Shown here one piece after another: positions 13,440-26,520 of a DNA stretch of 64,000 nt. The notes under the pieces are model-generated. The model had not been told where the DNA came from. It saw nothing but the letters and a program-made list of their open reading frames with translations, and ran no database searches. Where the stretch lies: contig JBHGNT010000009.1 in assembly GCA_043228905.1 (NCBI GenBank), positions 6,944,001 through 7,008,000 of the forward strand, in the 5' to 3' direction. How positions within the stretch are numbered: the stretch's first letter is position 1; each line of letters begins with the position of its first letter. The position numbers and the translations under genes are program-made. Source of the DNA: Azolla caroliniana. Taxonomy: Eukaryota > Plantae > Polypodiophyta.

Positions 13440-14374
13440 ATTTCGGACGATTTGGCTCTTAGAAAAGTTGACTGATAGTCGTTGCAACCATTGCTTCCTT
13501 TGCTGCCTCCGACGCAACAATGTATTTGACCTCTGTTGTGGAGAGTGCCATACGTTCTTGGAATTTAGACCTCCACAAAATTGCTCGACCTACATAGGTA
13601 AAGACGTAGCCTGATGTCGATTTTTGATTGTCGAATTGGCACATAATCAGAATCGGTGAAGCCTTAGACTTCGGTTGGATGATCGGAGCCGAATGTCAAC
13701 TACATGTTCTCGGTTCTGTGAAGGTATCGGAATATGGGCTTTACTGCTTCCCGGTGCTTCTTTCCAGGATTAGACATGTATTGGCTAGTAACTTCTGTGA
13801 CATATATCATCGCATACATGAGACTTCCTACGGCCGATGAGTAGGAAATTTCTCTCATTGCTCTTTCTCTACCTCCGTGGAGGGAGACTCTTTGTCCAAT
13901 AGTCGAATCGACGTCGGGAGCGGTGTGGATCCGGGCTTCGACTTATCCATGTTGAATCGCCTCAATACCTTTCAGATGTAGTCGGATTCGGAGAGTAGTA
14001 GGATCTTCTTCATCCTGTCTCGCCCTATCCTCATGCCCAAGATGTGTCGGGCCTCTCCAAGTTCCTTCATTGAGAGTGTCTCGTGAAGTTGCCACTTTAG
14101 CTTCCCGATTTTGGCCTATCACTTCTTGCGATGACCATGTCATCGACGTAAAGGATAAGATAAATCTTGGACTCGTCGGATAATTCCCGAATGTACTACA
14201 TGGGTCGGAGTCAGACCAGCTTTATCCGAGTTGCCGGATGTGGGAATCAAATACTTTCTCCCCTGTTGCTGTGAAGCCTGCCGTTTGAGACATATAAATG
14301 TCTTATTCTAGATCTCTGTGTAGGAAAGTCATCTTTACGTCCATTTGTTCAAGCTCCAAACCTTTGGTCACAAC
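13440..14374 (-). pseudogene. Decayed Ty1/Copia RT-RNase H fragment (separate element)
   Basis: Minus strand gives ILYVDDM, KSTSGYVFTY and ALSTTEVKYIVASEAAKEA. It covers RT sequence also present in the plus-strand fragment, so it is a different copy. Confidence 0.75.
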
Positions 14375-14665
14375 CGTTAGGTAACAGGTCCCTTAGGATG
14401 GGAAGAGGTGCACGAGTCAAATTAAAGGGAGAACTAAATTGCTTGATAGTAACTCGGTGGAGGCCGAAAAATCAATCGATTGTTCGATTCGGTCACGACT
14501 GAAAATTGAATCTGAATCGATTCGGCTAATAGCCAAATCGGTTGAAGCCGACTCGGGGCTATATTTGTAAATAGAGATAATGTGCCCTTGTGGGCCATAT
14601 TTGTAAATGTTGGGAGACAGGTCCCTCCGGATGGGAAGGGAGAAGGACAGTGTTGATGAACAAAC

Positions 14666-14880
14666 TCGGCTACGAAGAGCCGGATGATGCAGACCCCGAG
14701 AGAACCGGATGAGGAGTACCTGGCTACGGAGAGCCGGATGATGCAAACCCGGTGAGAACCGGATGAGGAGTACCCGGATACGGAGAGCCGGATGATGCAG
14801 ACCCAGTGAGAACCGGATGAGGAGTACCCGGCTACGGAGAGCCGGATGGTGCAGACCCGGTGAGGAGTGCTCACCGGATG
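14666..14880 (+). repeat. 54-bp tandem repeat in U3 of the 5' LTR (also ~19510-19740 in the 3' LTR)
   Basis: Unit CCGGATGAGGAGTACCCGGCTACGGAGAGCCGGATGATGCAGACCCGGTGAGAA, about 3.5-4 copies per LTR. Confidence 0.9.
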
Positions 14881-15338
14881 AAGAGACATATTCGTAAATA
14901 TGTTTTTGAGAGTCCATCATGACTATATTTGTAAATAGCCGAAAATTCATATTAGTATAAATATGACTTAGGGCAAACTTTTAGTTGTTGTTGTTGTCAT
15001 TTTCTTGTTGGTGCAAGGAGAGAGAGAGCGCGTAACTGTGTACAGAGAGAGAGAGAGAGAGAAAGTGGTCGTTGCCTCTGTTGTAACCGCCGCCTGTGGC
15101 GAGGATCGTGAGCACGAGGTCGTTGCCTCCGTGAACTCACTGTTGTACATTCTAACATAGTGATAGTTTGCAGCTTGTGGGCTACCGTGGTTTTTCCACT
15201 TCGTTTGGGTTTTCCACGTAAACATCCTGCGTACTTGTCTCATCTTCGTGTCGTTCATTATTTCCCGTTTTCTGTGTGTGATTCTAAGCTCGGTTGTGGC
15301 CGAGCGTTGCGTATAAGGAGCCCTGAGTTCCCGTCAAG

Positions 15339-15350
15339 TGGTATCAGAGC
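15339..15350 (+). promoter_or_regulatory. PBS complementary to initiator tRNA-Met
   Basis: TGGTATCAGAGC, 2 nt after the 5' LTR. Confidence 0.95.
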
Positions 15351-15365
15351 GAAACGACACAGAAA

Positions 15366-18300
15366 ATGGATGAATTGTTTGGCGGCATGTTCAATCTCAC
15401 TGGCTCCAACTATTCAGTATGGAAGTCTAAGATGAGGGACATGCTCGTGGTTAAAGACCTCTGGCTGCCAGTTCAGTTCGGGGACAAGAGACCGGACAAA
15501 ATCGACGCCGCGATATGGGAGGTGATGCACATGAAGACAACGGCATACATACGGTGCTTCATCGACATGAGCCTGTACAACAACTTCAATGAAGAGAGCA
15601 AGGCTCATGAGCTCTGGGAGAAGATCGGCATTATGTTCCAGAACAAAAATGTTGTTAATTAGGTTTCAGTATTCTGGAAGCTAGTAAGACTCCGGTACCA
15701 AGATGGCTCCAGCATGGCGGAGCACATGAATGCCTTCCAGGGGCTGATACACCAGGCAACCTCATTGGAAGTACCTCTCGCCGATGAGGTACTAGCGCTA
15801 CTCCTGCTCGGTTCCCTCCCCGATAGCTGGGAGACGCTGGTTGTCAGTTTGGGCAACGCCGGGCTGGAAGGAAAGCGATTATCCCTAGCAAGAGTAAAGT
15901 CGAGCTTGCTAGATGAGGAGGCGTGTCGAAAAGATAAAGATACAAGCTCCGACTCCAAAGTGCTCCTTACCGAATCGGAACGCGGAAGACAAAGAAACCG
16001 TAGTCCCCAGAACCGGGAAAAGTCAGGGACACGGTCAAAGTCAAAGGGTAGGCCTACTTGCTTCTATTGCGGCAAGCCGGGACACTTCCAAAAGAACTGT
16101 CGGCATCTCCGAAAGGAAAAGGAAACCGACGGTACCGATTCGAAGCGGATACTGGACCGGAACGGTAAAGACCGGAGGGGACCGGACCGGAAGGGGACGA
16201 CGGCAATCGCGGCAAGTGAAGAAGAGTTGATGCTCATCACCGAGGAGAGTGAGATAAACCGTGCCAGTGACGAGATGACCTGGGTGGTAGACTCTGGAGC
16301 GTCGTTCCACCTTACCCCGGACCGGAAATGCTTCTCATTCTACTCAGCCGGTGATCACGGCTGTGTCCGGATGGGGAATGAAGGTACATGCCAAATTGTC
16401 GGCATAGGAAACGTGTGGCTGACAACACCAACCGGATGCAAGTTGCTGCTGAAGGATGTTCGACACGTTCCGGAGGTTCGTCTGAACCTGATATCAGCCG
16501 GTCGGCTAGATGATGAAGGCTACACGGGTAGCATCTGGAACGGTGTCATGAAGTTCAGCAAAGGGAGCTTGATTGTGGCTCGAGCCCGGAAGGTCAACAC
16601 ACTGTACGTGATGAATGCCCGGTTATGTCCGGAAGAAGTGAACGTGGCATCCGACATTGCCGGTGAGCTGTGGCACAAGAGGTTGTATCATATGAGCGAG
16701 AAGGGGATCAAGAGGCTTGTAGACGACAACCTCATTCCAGTGAAGAACGTGCACTTGGAGAAGTGCAATGATTGCCTGGCCGGTAAGCAAAACCGGACCT
16801 CGTTCCGACCAAGGCCACCGATGAGACGTAATGCACCACTAGAGTTGGTGCATACGGATGTGTGTCAAGTAGACACGAAGTCAAATGCCGGAGCGCAGTA
16901 CTTCGTGACGTTCATAGATGACCACAGCCGGAAGCTGTGGGCCACACCGCTGAAGATGAAGGATCAGGTGCTATCCGTCTTCAAAGAGCTCCACGCGAGA
17001 GTGGAAAGAGAAACCGGCCGGAAGCTGAAGGCGGTTCGAGCAGATAACGAAGGAGAATACCGGGGGCAGTTCGAGGAGTACTATTGCTCGAAGGGAATCC
17101 GGCTTGAATTTACCATGCCGAAGACGCCGGAACTAAACGGGCTGGCCGAGAGGATGAACCGAACCATAATGGAGAGGGTCCGGAGTATGCTAGCGCATGC
17201 AAAACTACCCAAGAAGTTTTGGGCTGAGGCACTGTCGACGGCGACATACGTGATAAACAGATCACCCTCAGTACCCTTGGACGGAGACATGCCACAGAGA
17301 ATTTGGACCGGTAAGGAAGTGTCCTACCGGCATCTGAAGGTGTTCAGGTGTCTCGCGTACGTGAATGTAGCTAAGGACCGGAGAGGAAAGTTAGATCCAA
17401 AGACCCGGCCATGCATATTCCTCGGTTACGGCGACGATGAGTTCGGCTACCGAGTGTGGGACCCGGTCGACAAGAAGGTATTCCGGAGTCGAGATATTAT
17501 CTTCGTGGAGGACAAGACGCTCGCCGAGTGGGAGTCGGAGAAGAAGATAATGAACTCTGAGTCGACCGGTAAGGACCGACTCTACGATGAGTAGACCCAA
17601 CCGGCAAGAGACTGGTTAGCACTCGAGGGACAAGCCGGTTACGGTGAAGATACCGAACAGGCTGAAGAAGAAGTAGAGGAAGTTGGAACCGGAACCGGCC
17701 AAGACCCTGAATCAGATTCGGATGAAGAGTAAATGGAGGAGCCGGTTACCGAAGCCCAAAGACAAAGATATCCTCTCAGAGAGAGAAGGCCCCCCCGGAG
17801 ATTTCCGGATGCAGAGCATGTGCTGCTAACCGATGAGGGGTAGTCGGAAAGCTTCGAAGAAGCGAAGGGTGACACCCATAGCCGCAAATGGTTAAGTGCC
17901 ATGCAGGATGAGATGGATTCCCTGCATGAGAACCATACGTACGAATTGGTGGAGTTGCCGAAAGCAAAGTGAGCACTCCGAAACAACTGGGTGTACAAGT
18001 TGAAACCGGGAGATGCCGGCAACCCCCCGAGATACAATGCCAGGATTGTGGTGAAGGGGTTCCATTAGAAAAAGGGCGTGGACTTCGACGAGATATTTGA
18101 CCCGGTAGTAAAGATGACCTCCATCCGGACGGTGTTGAGTATAGCGGTAAGCATGGACCTCGAGGTAGAACAGTTGGACGTGAAGACGACATTCCTTCAC
18201 GGCGACCTCGAAGAGGAGATCTACATGCAGCAACCGGAAGGATTCGTGGAGAAAGGGAAGGAGCACCTGGTATGCCGGTTGAAGAAGAGCCTCTACGGGT

Positions 18301-19412
18301 TGAAGCAGGCCCCCCGGCAATGGTACCGGAAGTTCGACTCCTTCATAACTGATCAAGGGTACCACAAGACGCAGGCCGATCACTGCGTGTTTGTGAAGAA
18401 GTTCGAAAGAGGTGACTTCCTGATATTCCTCCTGTACGTGGACGACATGTTGATCGTCGGATGGGACCAAGCCAAAATACGGATGCTGAAGAAGGCTCTC
18501 AACCGGACCTTCTCAATGAAAGAATTGGGTCCGGCAACACAAATGTTGGGGATGCACATCATTCGGGACCGGTCAAAGAAGCAATTATGGCTGTCACAGG
18601 AGAAGTACGTGACAAAGGTGCTTCACCGGTTTAACATGTCAGATGCGAAACCGGTCGGCTCGACACTTCCGGCAAACTGCAGGTTATCCGGTAAGCAAAG
18701 CCCAAAGACGAAAGCCGAGAAGGCGGATATGATGAAGATTCCATATGCCTCTGCCGTCGGGAGGTTGATGTACGCAATGGTGTGTACCCGACCGGATATA
18801 GGATACGCAGTCGGAGTGGTGAGCCGGTTTATGAGCAATCCCGACAAGGAGCACTGGAATGCGGTCAAATGGATACTCCGGTATTTGAAGGGCACTTCAA
18901 ATATGTGTCTCCGATTCGGCTCCGGAAAATTTCAACTTGACGGTTTTACCGATTCGGACATGTCGGCTGATGTGAATACCAGCCGATCTACATCCGGGTA
19001 TGTAATGACATATGTAGGGGGAGCTGTTTCGTGGTAGTCAAGGCTGCAGAAGACGGTTGCGTTGTCAACCACGGAAGAGGAGTACATGGCGGCTGTGGAA
19101 GCCGGCAAGGAAATATTATGGATGAAGGACTTCATCGGAGAGCTCGGTATCCAGCTAGATGAATACCGACTCTATTGTGACAGTCAAAGTGCCATCCATC
19201 TTGCTAAGAATGCGGCCTACCATTCCCGGACGAAGCATATCCAGCGAAGATATCACTGGATCCGGGAAAGAGTAGATGACCAGGAGTTTGCACTGACGAA
19301 GATCCACACGGCCGAGAACGGGTCAGATATGCTGACCAAAGTGCTGATACCCGACAAGCTGGATGCATGTCGGAAGAGGATCGGATTAGTAAGACACCCC
19401 ATGCCGGAGTGA
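15366..19412 (+). pseudogene. Copia gag-pol polyprotein with nonsense mutations
   Basis: Zn knuckle CFYCGKPGHFQKNC, protease WVVDSGAS, integrase HHCC/D,D35E, RT YVDDM, RNase H DSQSAIHLAKN; in-frame stops break the frame. Confidence 0.95.
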
Positions 19413-22399
19413 AGGGGGAGTTTGTTGGGAGACAGGTCCCTCGGGATGGGAAGGGAGAAGGACAGTGTTAATGAACAAACTCGCCGAGGCCGATAGGCCG
19501 TGGCCGAATCCGGATGAGGAGTACCCGGCTACAGAGAGCCGGATGATGCAGACCCGGTGAGAACCGGATGAGGAGTACCCGGCTATGGAGAGCCAGATGA
19601 TGCAGACCCGGTGAGAACCGGATGAGGAGTACCCAACTACGGAGAGCCGGATGGTGCAGACCCGGTGAGAACCGGATGAGGAGTACCCGGCTACGGAGAG
19701 CCGGATGGTGCAGACCCGGTGAGGAGTGCTCACCGGATGAAGAGACATATTCGTAAATATGTTTCTGAGAGTCCATCATGACTATATTTGTAAATAGCCG
19801 AAAAGTCATATTAGTATAAATATGACTTAGGGCAAACTTTTAGTTGTTGTTGTTGTCATTTTCTTGTTGGTGCAAGGAGAGAGAGAGCGCGTAACTCTGT
19901 ACAGAGAGAGAGAGAGAAAGAGGTCGTTGCCTCTATTGTAACCGCCGCCTGTGGCGAGGATCGTGAGCACGAGGTCGTTGCCTCCGTGAACTCATTGTTG
20001 TACATTCTAACATAGTGATAGTTTGCAGCCTGTGGGCTGCCGTGGTTTTTCCCCTTAGTTTGGGTTTTCCACGTAAACATCCTACGTACTCATCTCATCT
20101 TCGTGTCGTTCATTATTTCCCGTTTTCTGTGTGTGATTCTAAGCTCGGTTATGGTTGAGCGTTGCGTATAAGGAGCCTTGAGTTCCCGTCAGTAAATAGC
20201 CTTGAATGTTGTATTAGTATAAATACATCTAGGGAAATCATTATGATGGCAATTGTTGTTGTATAGTTGAAGAGATATAGTTGGTTGTTGCCATTATAAC
20301 TAAGTGAGTGAGAATGAGAGTTGTAACTCTATCGCTGTCTGTTAGACGTAAACGAGCACGAGGTCGGTGCCTGTGACTCTCCTTGTATTTCTCTCTATGT
20401 ATATATAGTGATTTGTTTCTTGGGGTTTGTGGACCTTCATCGTTTTTCCCTTTCGGATGTTCCATGTAAAAACACTTCTGTCTCTGTATTTTTGTTCTCG
20501 GTTGTCTACCTACTGTCGACTTTCATTTTTGCACCTACACTCGCATACGTGCAAACCAGTTGTGGCTAGTCGATTCTCAACAAACTAGTATTAGAGCGAT
20601 GGACGAACATTTTGGTGGAATGTTCAAGTTAACTGACTCCAACTACTCAGTGTGGAAGTCGACGATGCGGGATCTGCTCGTGTGTGTGAATAACGTATAA
20701 AATAACTAATTGGATAAATATGAAGAAAACGAAGAAAATATTAAAATATATGTCAAATACATATAGGGTAAAATTCAATTTGAAGCCTTACCATTACACC
20801 AACATATTATGAGTGTTAAAAAGGTAGATATCTCATATACAAATGTTATGTTACGTATATGTTTTAGGAAAAGTTACTTTTACATGTGTAGAGTGCATAA
20901 AACTTTACTTTGAAGAAAACGGATGATCGAAAAAGCTATTCATGCACTTCTCACATGCATGAACACTATAATTAGAAGAAAAGCATGATAGGAAAATCTA
21001 TTCATGCACATGTAATGTGCGTGAACACTTTAGAAAAAGCACGATGCTTTCTATGTGGGAAGCCTCTTCCATCACTATATGAAGGGAAGAGAAAGATGTA
21101 TGGAGACGATGGATTCTTGGGTTTTTTATTATGATCTAAATATTGATTAATATAATGCTTGTGGGATTCACAAGTTTTGATCTCTAATCTCAATTTATTA
21201 CTATGATTTTAAATATTAAGTTAAACTAATTCACTATATTCGTGGTATTCACGCATTTCTATGATCTCTTTCTTCAATCTATTCATATTGTTATCTGCCT
21301 TAAAATTCTCCTCCTCCTAGTCCAAAACCTCGGCGGTTCCCACCCGACTCACGCAACGATCCGGCGCCGAAAGGCACAACACCCCCTTGGATCGTACACG
21401 TACACGCGGATTTCCGCAACAGCATCCGCATCTTGAACGTGACCATTAAGCACGTTCACATCCTAGACATGAATGTATGAGGGATACTTCTAATTATAAC
21501 AATAAAAATATACCCTTGTCTCATGGACAAGGTGTAGTTTATGAAAATAACGTCCCAACCTTGATCTCAAGTGCCACTTGATGGATGGGATGTTCGCACC
21601 AACCGACATGATGACATGACGGGTTCTACTCCCACCGTCCGAAACATTTACGACAAGATGTTAATTGATGCTTGGTGGTCAAAATTGAGATCAAAAAGTC
21701 CATCACAATCCTCAATGCGAAGTCCTTGTGTTGACGAACATACTTCTTGTCGGGACAATTCAACAATCCGTTATACGTCGATTTCATCAAATTCCCGTTA
21801 TTTGGTCTCCGGAGCTTGGAATTCCGAGCGAAAAAATCCAACATGCTCCTTGTTAACCATGAAAAACTTAAACAAGGGTTTGTACAAGATAACATAAATA
21901 TATATTATTGAAATTTTATAAGTAAAAATAAGTACATGTGGGCGTGAAAATTCTTGACTTTGTTACATGGAGCGATCAAGAAGATAAAAAGAAGTCAAGT
22001 AGGTAGAAGAAATGGAAAAGAAAAGATCACGATTAACGTTTTAGAGGGAGATCATCGAGTTTCAGTGCAATGTCCCAACAAATGACGGCCACATCGTCTT
22101 TTGTTGTCATTGATCTTGCACACCCTCTTGATTGGTAACCTCGAGCTCACTCTAAATTTTGGTAGTGCTTCTGCCTCCTTCAAAATAAAAACTCCCCTTA
22201 ACAATGAGCTCTTATCACCCTTTTATAAGGTTGAGAGTCTCTCGACCAAATAAAAATATTAGATGTTTTTTTAAATTTTTGCATGCACCACATTTATTTT
22301 CCTATTTACAAGATCTACGTTTTCTTTAGCACCTGATGCTAGCAAAAAGCGAATCATAACATCCACCATTCCATTCATTTAGCCACTTAATATATTTAC

Positions 22400-22462
22400 A
22401 ATAGGACTCAAACCCTTCACTTCCTACTCATAGGACAAGCTCTTACCAATTGAGCCAAACCT
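22400..22462 (-). repeat. tRNA-derived SINE-like head
   Basis: Minus strand TGGCTCAATTGG (A box) ... GGTTTGAGTCC (B box) at tRNA spacing; cloverleaf degenerate. Confidence 0.55.
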
Positions 22463-22492
22463 TTCTATAACATCGTTGCTCTTTCCTTCAAC

Positions 22493-22494
<2 letters not shown>

Positions 22495-22532
<38 letters not shown>

Positions 22533-22543
22533 TACATATATAT
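22495..22543. repeat. (CA)n microsatellite grading into CATA/TA
   Basis: Direct inspection. Confidence 0.95.
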
Positions 22544-24341
22544 CAAGCCTAACTTAATTCCTCCTGCGTGTTCCCCACATCAAGCCTAACATCTAGTTGG
22601 TAATGTTCTAAACTCATGTAGTCTATAACTAGGTCATTATGTGTTGGGGTATGCGTAAAGGGTGTGCTAATTTGTTCACCCCTATTCACATCTAATTTCT
22701 ATGCTACTCTCTATCAACTAACCCCTAGATCTCTTGCTTCGTTTCCACGCCCCTCATTGAGTGGGTGAACCTAAATTGAAATAGGTCATGCCATGACAAC
22801 CTTCCCTAATGGCATTTTTATTGTTATTTATTGATTATTATTATCATTTCTCTCTTATATACATGTGTTTGTGTGTGTATGTGTTCGATAAGGGGATATA
22901 TAAGTATACATATAAATTTTTTATTATGGATCTCATTCGTTTTTTAATGGATTCAAGTGCAACATTTGGCTTGAGGATATGGCTCAAGGGTGTAGCTCGA
23001 GTATCTAACTTACGTTTTTACTTGACAATTTGTGTTAGAGACTAGTTAATAATTAAGCATAAATATGACAAAAGATGGACCAAAGAAAGGAAAGGGGGTG
23101 CCAAACCACTCAACCACCCCTAACAATGATCTAACCAGACTTGAATCTCGTTGATGTTCCATAACATCTAGTGTTAACGTCAATTGTGCCTTGGGTTCCA
23201 CGATGATTGCACATGCTTAAATGGAAAGAGCCATAGCAACATTGCCAACGTTTTGATATAGGTGAAGTCTCCCCATCAAAAGATAGCCCTAACCTTCTTA
23301 TATAGGTAGAAACTATAGGCCTTGGTGAATTCACACGCTTGACTACTTCATGTGAAGTTGTCAAGTGATAACACACCTAATTGTTTATCTTGGAATGTAG
23401 AATTGTAAATATTCAATTAATTCAGAAATTGTAACTCATGATTAGTTATAGTTATCCCATCATAAGATCAAGGAAAATGTCATAAATCTTAACTCATGGT
23501 TAGTTATAGTTATCCTTGTAAAGAATTCTCCCACTTCAAAAGATTTTGAACTTTTGCAATGACTATTTATATGTATTTGATGTGTTTTACCAACTAGAAG
23601 ATTGAGCCAATTAAGAAAAGTAACCAAAATGTTTAAGGCCTATGAGTAGTCAGCAAACATGCGGGGCTAATTTATCGCACTCACGTGTACATAAAGTATT
23701 AGAGCTTAGAAATACACATAGTAATACCTTTTCGTTTAGGGTAAAATACACGTGGTTGTGAATCATAGTTTGCATAAAAGTTGTGTTATGCAATATAAAA
23801 TAAGTTTATCTCGTATATATTTTATATTGTGCATAACTCACCATATTGAATGTCAACATTGATCGAGGCTTACACACTAAAATCATACATCAACACCAAA
23901 GGACTGTCTCCAATCCATGTATGTTCGAAGAAAACTATATAGCAAGAAGTTATTGTTCTCATTACATCAAAAGTTATCCTCATTGGTTTGATTACAATTT
24001 ACCTGTTCAATTGGATGTCAATCAGGCTTGAGGTTGGTCTTTAGAGCTCGTGGTTAAGGTAATTTTTGGTTCCAAAATAGAGTAGTAATTTGGAAATCTT
24101 TGTCACACATTATATCCCTTGGTAATCTGACCATGGTGACATTTAGTTATATAATCATTAATATCAAAATGCATCTTCAATAAAAAGAAATGAGTAGAAA
24201 TTATAACAAGTGTATGATGTATTCCAAGATGCCTTAAAGAATTCTTATTTTCATCTCAAAAAAAATTGGAACATAAACCTTTCCAATATAGTTTTGCATA
24301 CCATTAATAATGTGGAAGGTTCCCTTTGAGCATGTAGCATC

Positions 24342-24709
24342 CATAGTTGGTAAAAAACATGTATTCTACGTTTAGAGTATGTTTTAGAATACTTTGAAGT
24401 ATTCTACACGTATTCTACGTTTTAGAACTGCCGTTTTTTAAAATTTGACGTATTCTACGTCTCTGCGTATTTAACAATTATTTATCATTTCAAAACATAT
24501 ATATATATATATATATATTTTAAACTTTAAATTTTAAGAAGTATTTAACGTATTTTACAAGTATTCTACACGTATTCTAAGTGCATATTTTATGTATTTA
24601 ACGTACTTTATCTATAAAATACATATTCAAAGTATTTAAAAAAGAAGAAGTTAGAATACTTAGAATACATATTGTATGTGTATTTTATGCTAAATATTTT
24701 ACAACAATG
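24342..24709. mobile_element. Non-autonomous hAT-type MITE (368 bp)
   Basis: 8-bp TSD GTAGCATC (24334-24341 / 24710-24717); imperfect TIRs CATAGTTGGTAAAA / TTTTACAACAATG; subterminal GTATTCTAC repeats in both orientations. Confidence 0.85.
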
Positions 24710-26249
24710 GTAGCATCAAATAACATCTTCACTAGATTGAACTCTTGTCTGATATTTTTAAAGGAAACTATCATCAAGGTACTTGCCTCGAAGGTGATCA
24801 TAGTTATAGGGTTGTTAGTAAAAGTTAATCATGTTAACCTCATGAATACAACTTAAGGAATTAATAACCATATTAAAAAATCTTTGTAATCTATATAATG
24901 AAGTCTTGAATGAGCTCTGACCGTTGTGTCATATAACCCACATGAGGTCACATAATATTTCCAGGATTATAGGTTTGTAGTTACTTGAAAAGGATTCACA
25001 TATAAGTAGTATATCTCTATTTCTTTGCTCATTCTAAGTCCCAACTATTTTTGTTGAATTCTTGGTCTTATTATTAATACATTATCGATCTCCCCTTATC
25101 TCCATCTCATTTCTCTTTTTTTATTCTCTTCTTGAATTCAATCTCATTCTTGGCATAGCCTTTGACCCTAACAATAAGAACTCTTCCTCTCCTCTTTTGC
25201 TTGGGTCTCTTAACCAAGAGCTAATTAATGCCTCAACTAGGGGTTAAGTGTTAACTTATAATTAATAACATATAATAATACACATAAACAAGCTAGGCAT
25301 TGTTCAATTAATCAAGAATGACCACAAGCACATACAAGAAGATTAGTGATTTGCTTCGAGCAAGTGCTAAACGCTAATCTCATGTAAAGTGTGAGAGGAA
25401 AGAGAAAAACTCTACTATGAATCCTAAGGTGCAAGAAGAAGAGTTAAAAAGGCACAAATGTGACTTTTTTGCCGAAGTTAGAAAAAAGTCAAGTTCCCTT
25501 TCACATTGATATGTTCATTATACTTGAATCCAGAACTACTTTTTTTGTGTTCCCCTTTCTCTTGGCCACACACTTGGTTTTAGTACAAAAAACAATGCCT
25601 TCATGGGTTGTTATGTGTGGTAAGTACTTAACATGGAGAAATACCCTTTATTTTGGCTAATACAAATGGGCTTTCAATGTGAAAGGGACCCTTCAGGGTT
25701 TTCCAATTTGTATAGAAGGGCTAGCACTCTAATGTAAAAGGGGGTGTTTGGGTTCCCCAACTTTGGAGCTATCATTTGGTAATAATTCTCTCCCCTTGGT
25801 ATCCACTAAGGGTCATTTTCCTCCATGTAGATTTTTCGTACTAATTAATCGAGATTTTTGTGTTTTTTACCTAGAAATTATTTATTTAATGGAGATCCCT
25901 ATATGTTTCTTCATAAAATTATCAATCTACTTGCGATTGCATACTTTGTGTGTGTTGATTTTAGATTACGTTACGAAACCTTTGAGGCTTCCACATTGCA
26001 ATGAGTGGAGCAAAAAGTGCTTTTGTGTGTTGATGTATGATGTGGCGCCTTAGCCATTGGGGAGTGACATCCCCCAATCCCTCTAGTAGCCCACAATGAG
26101 GTGACTCTTTTTCTTAGCAACACATTATATCTCATTCTCTACTTAACAAACTTTCCCATAATATATATATACATCATATGAGGAGAACATGCCTCTCTCA
26201 TATTTCATGTTATCATTTTCATCCAATCCATGAACTTATGGTGGCCCTT

Positions 26250-26520
26250 GCTCTTTTAGAGCAGTTGATGCCATGCAACTAGTCATTGACCACTCAATAT
26301 ATGTAAGGATAGAGGTAATTAGATTGGTGCTCTTGTGAATATTTGTGGATGACTTGATTATAAAGAGAGTTTCAGTGCCTCAAATCAAGTGCATGAAGAT
26401 GTCCTTGTAGCAAAAATATCATATGAAAGACTTATAGGGTTCTACTACATCCATGATATTGAGGTAATTAGAGCACCTCAAGGGATTTGGCTTAATAATT
26501 AACATCCTAAAGAGATACGA
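26250..26520 (+). pseudogene. Highly decayed Copia RT remnant
   Basis: DHSIYV...IFVDDLII...MKDL motifs, with frameshifts. Confidence 0.55.

Larger units (their letters stand above)
14608..20191 (+). mobile_element. Full-length Ty1/Copia (Tnt1/Tork-like) LTR retrotransposon
   Basis: 5' LTR 14608-15336 and 3' LTR 19423-20191 (TG...CA, highly similar); TSD GTAAA (14603-14607 / 20192-20196); PBS TGGTATCAGAGC 15339-15350; PPT AGTGAAGGGGGAG 19408-19420. Confidence 0.97.
14375..20690 (+). mobile_element. Older truncated Copia (5' LTR 14375-14607 + 20197-20582, degenerate PBS, gag start) hosting the full-length Copia
   Basis: LTR start GTTAGGTAACAGGTCCCTTAGGATGGGAAG resembles the family LTR. After the insertion come ...CTCAACA, PBS-like TAGTATTAGAGC (20586-20597) and MDEHFGGMFKLTDSNYSVWKS from 20599. 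Confidence 0.75.

Noticed and set aside
11290-14374. A second inversion within one Copia element
   Set aside because: The plus and minus fragments both contain the same RT segment, so they are two separate decayed elements.
14417-14950. Repetitive ORFs (PGLHHPALRSRVLLIRFS)n here and at 19386-19809 and 49936-50190
   Set aside because: By-products of the 54-bp (multiple of 3) LTR repeat read antisense to the element; no evidence of coding function.
22400-22462. Functional tRNA genes here and at 2821-2881 and 56585-56645
   Set aside because: A/B boxes are present but acceptor, anticodon and T stems do not pair; treated as tRNA-derived relics.
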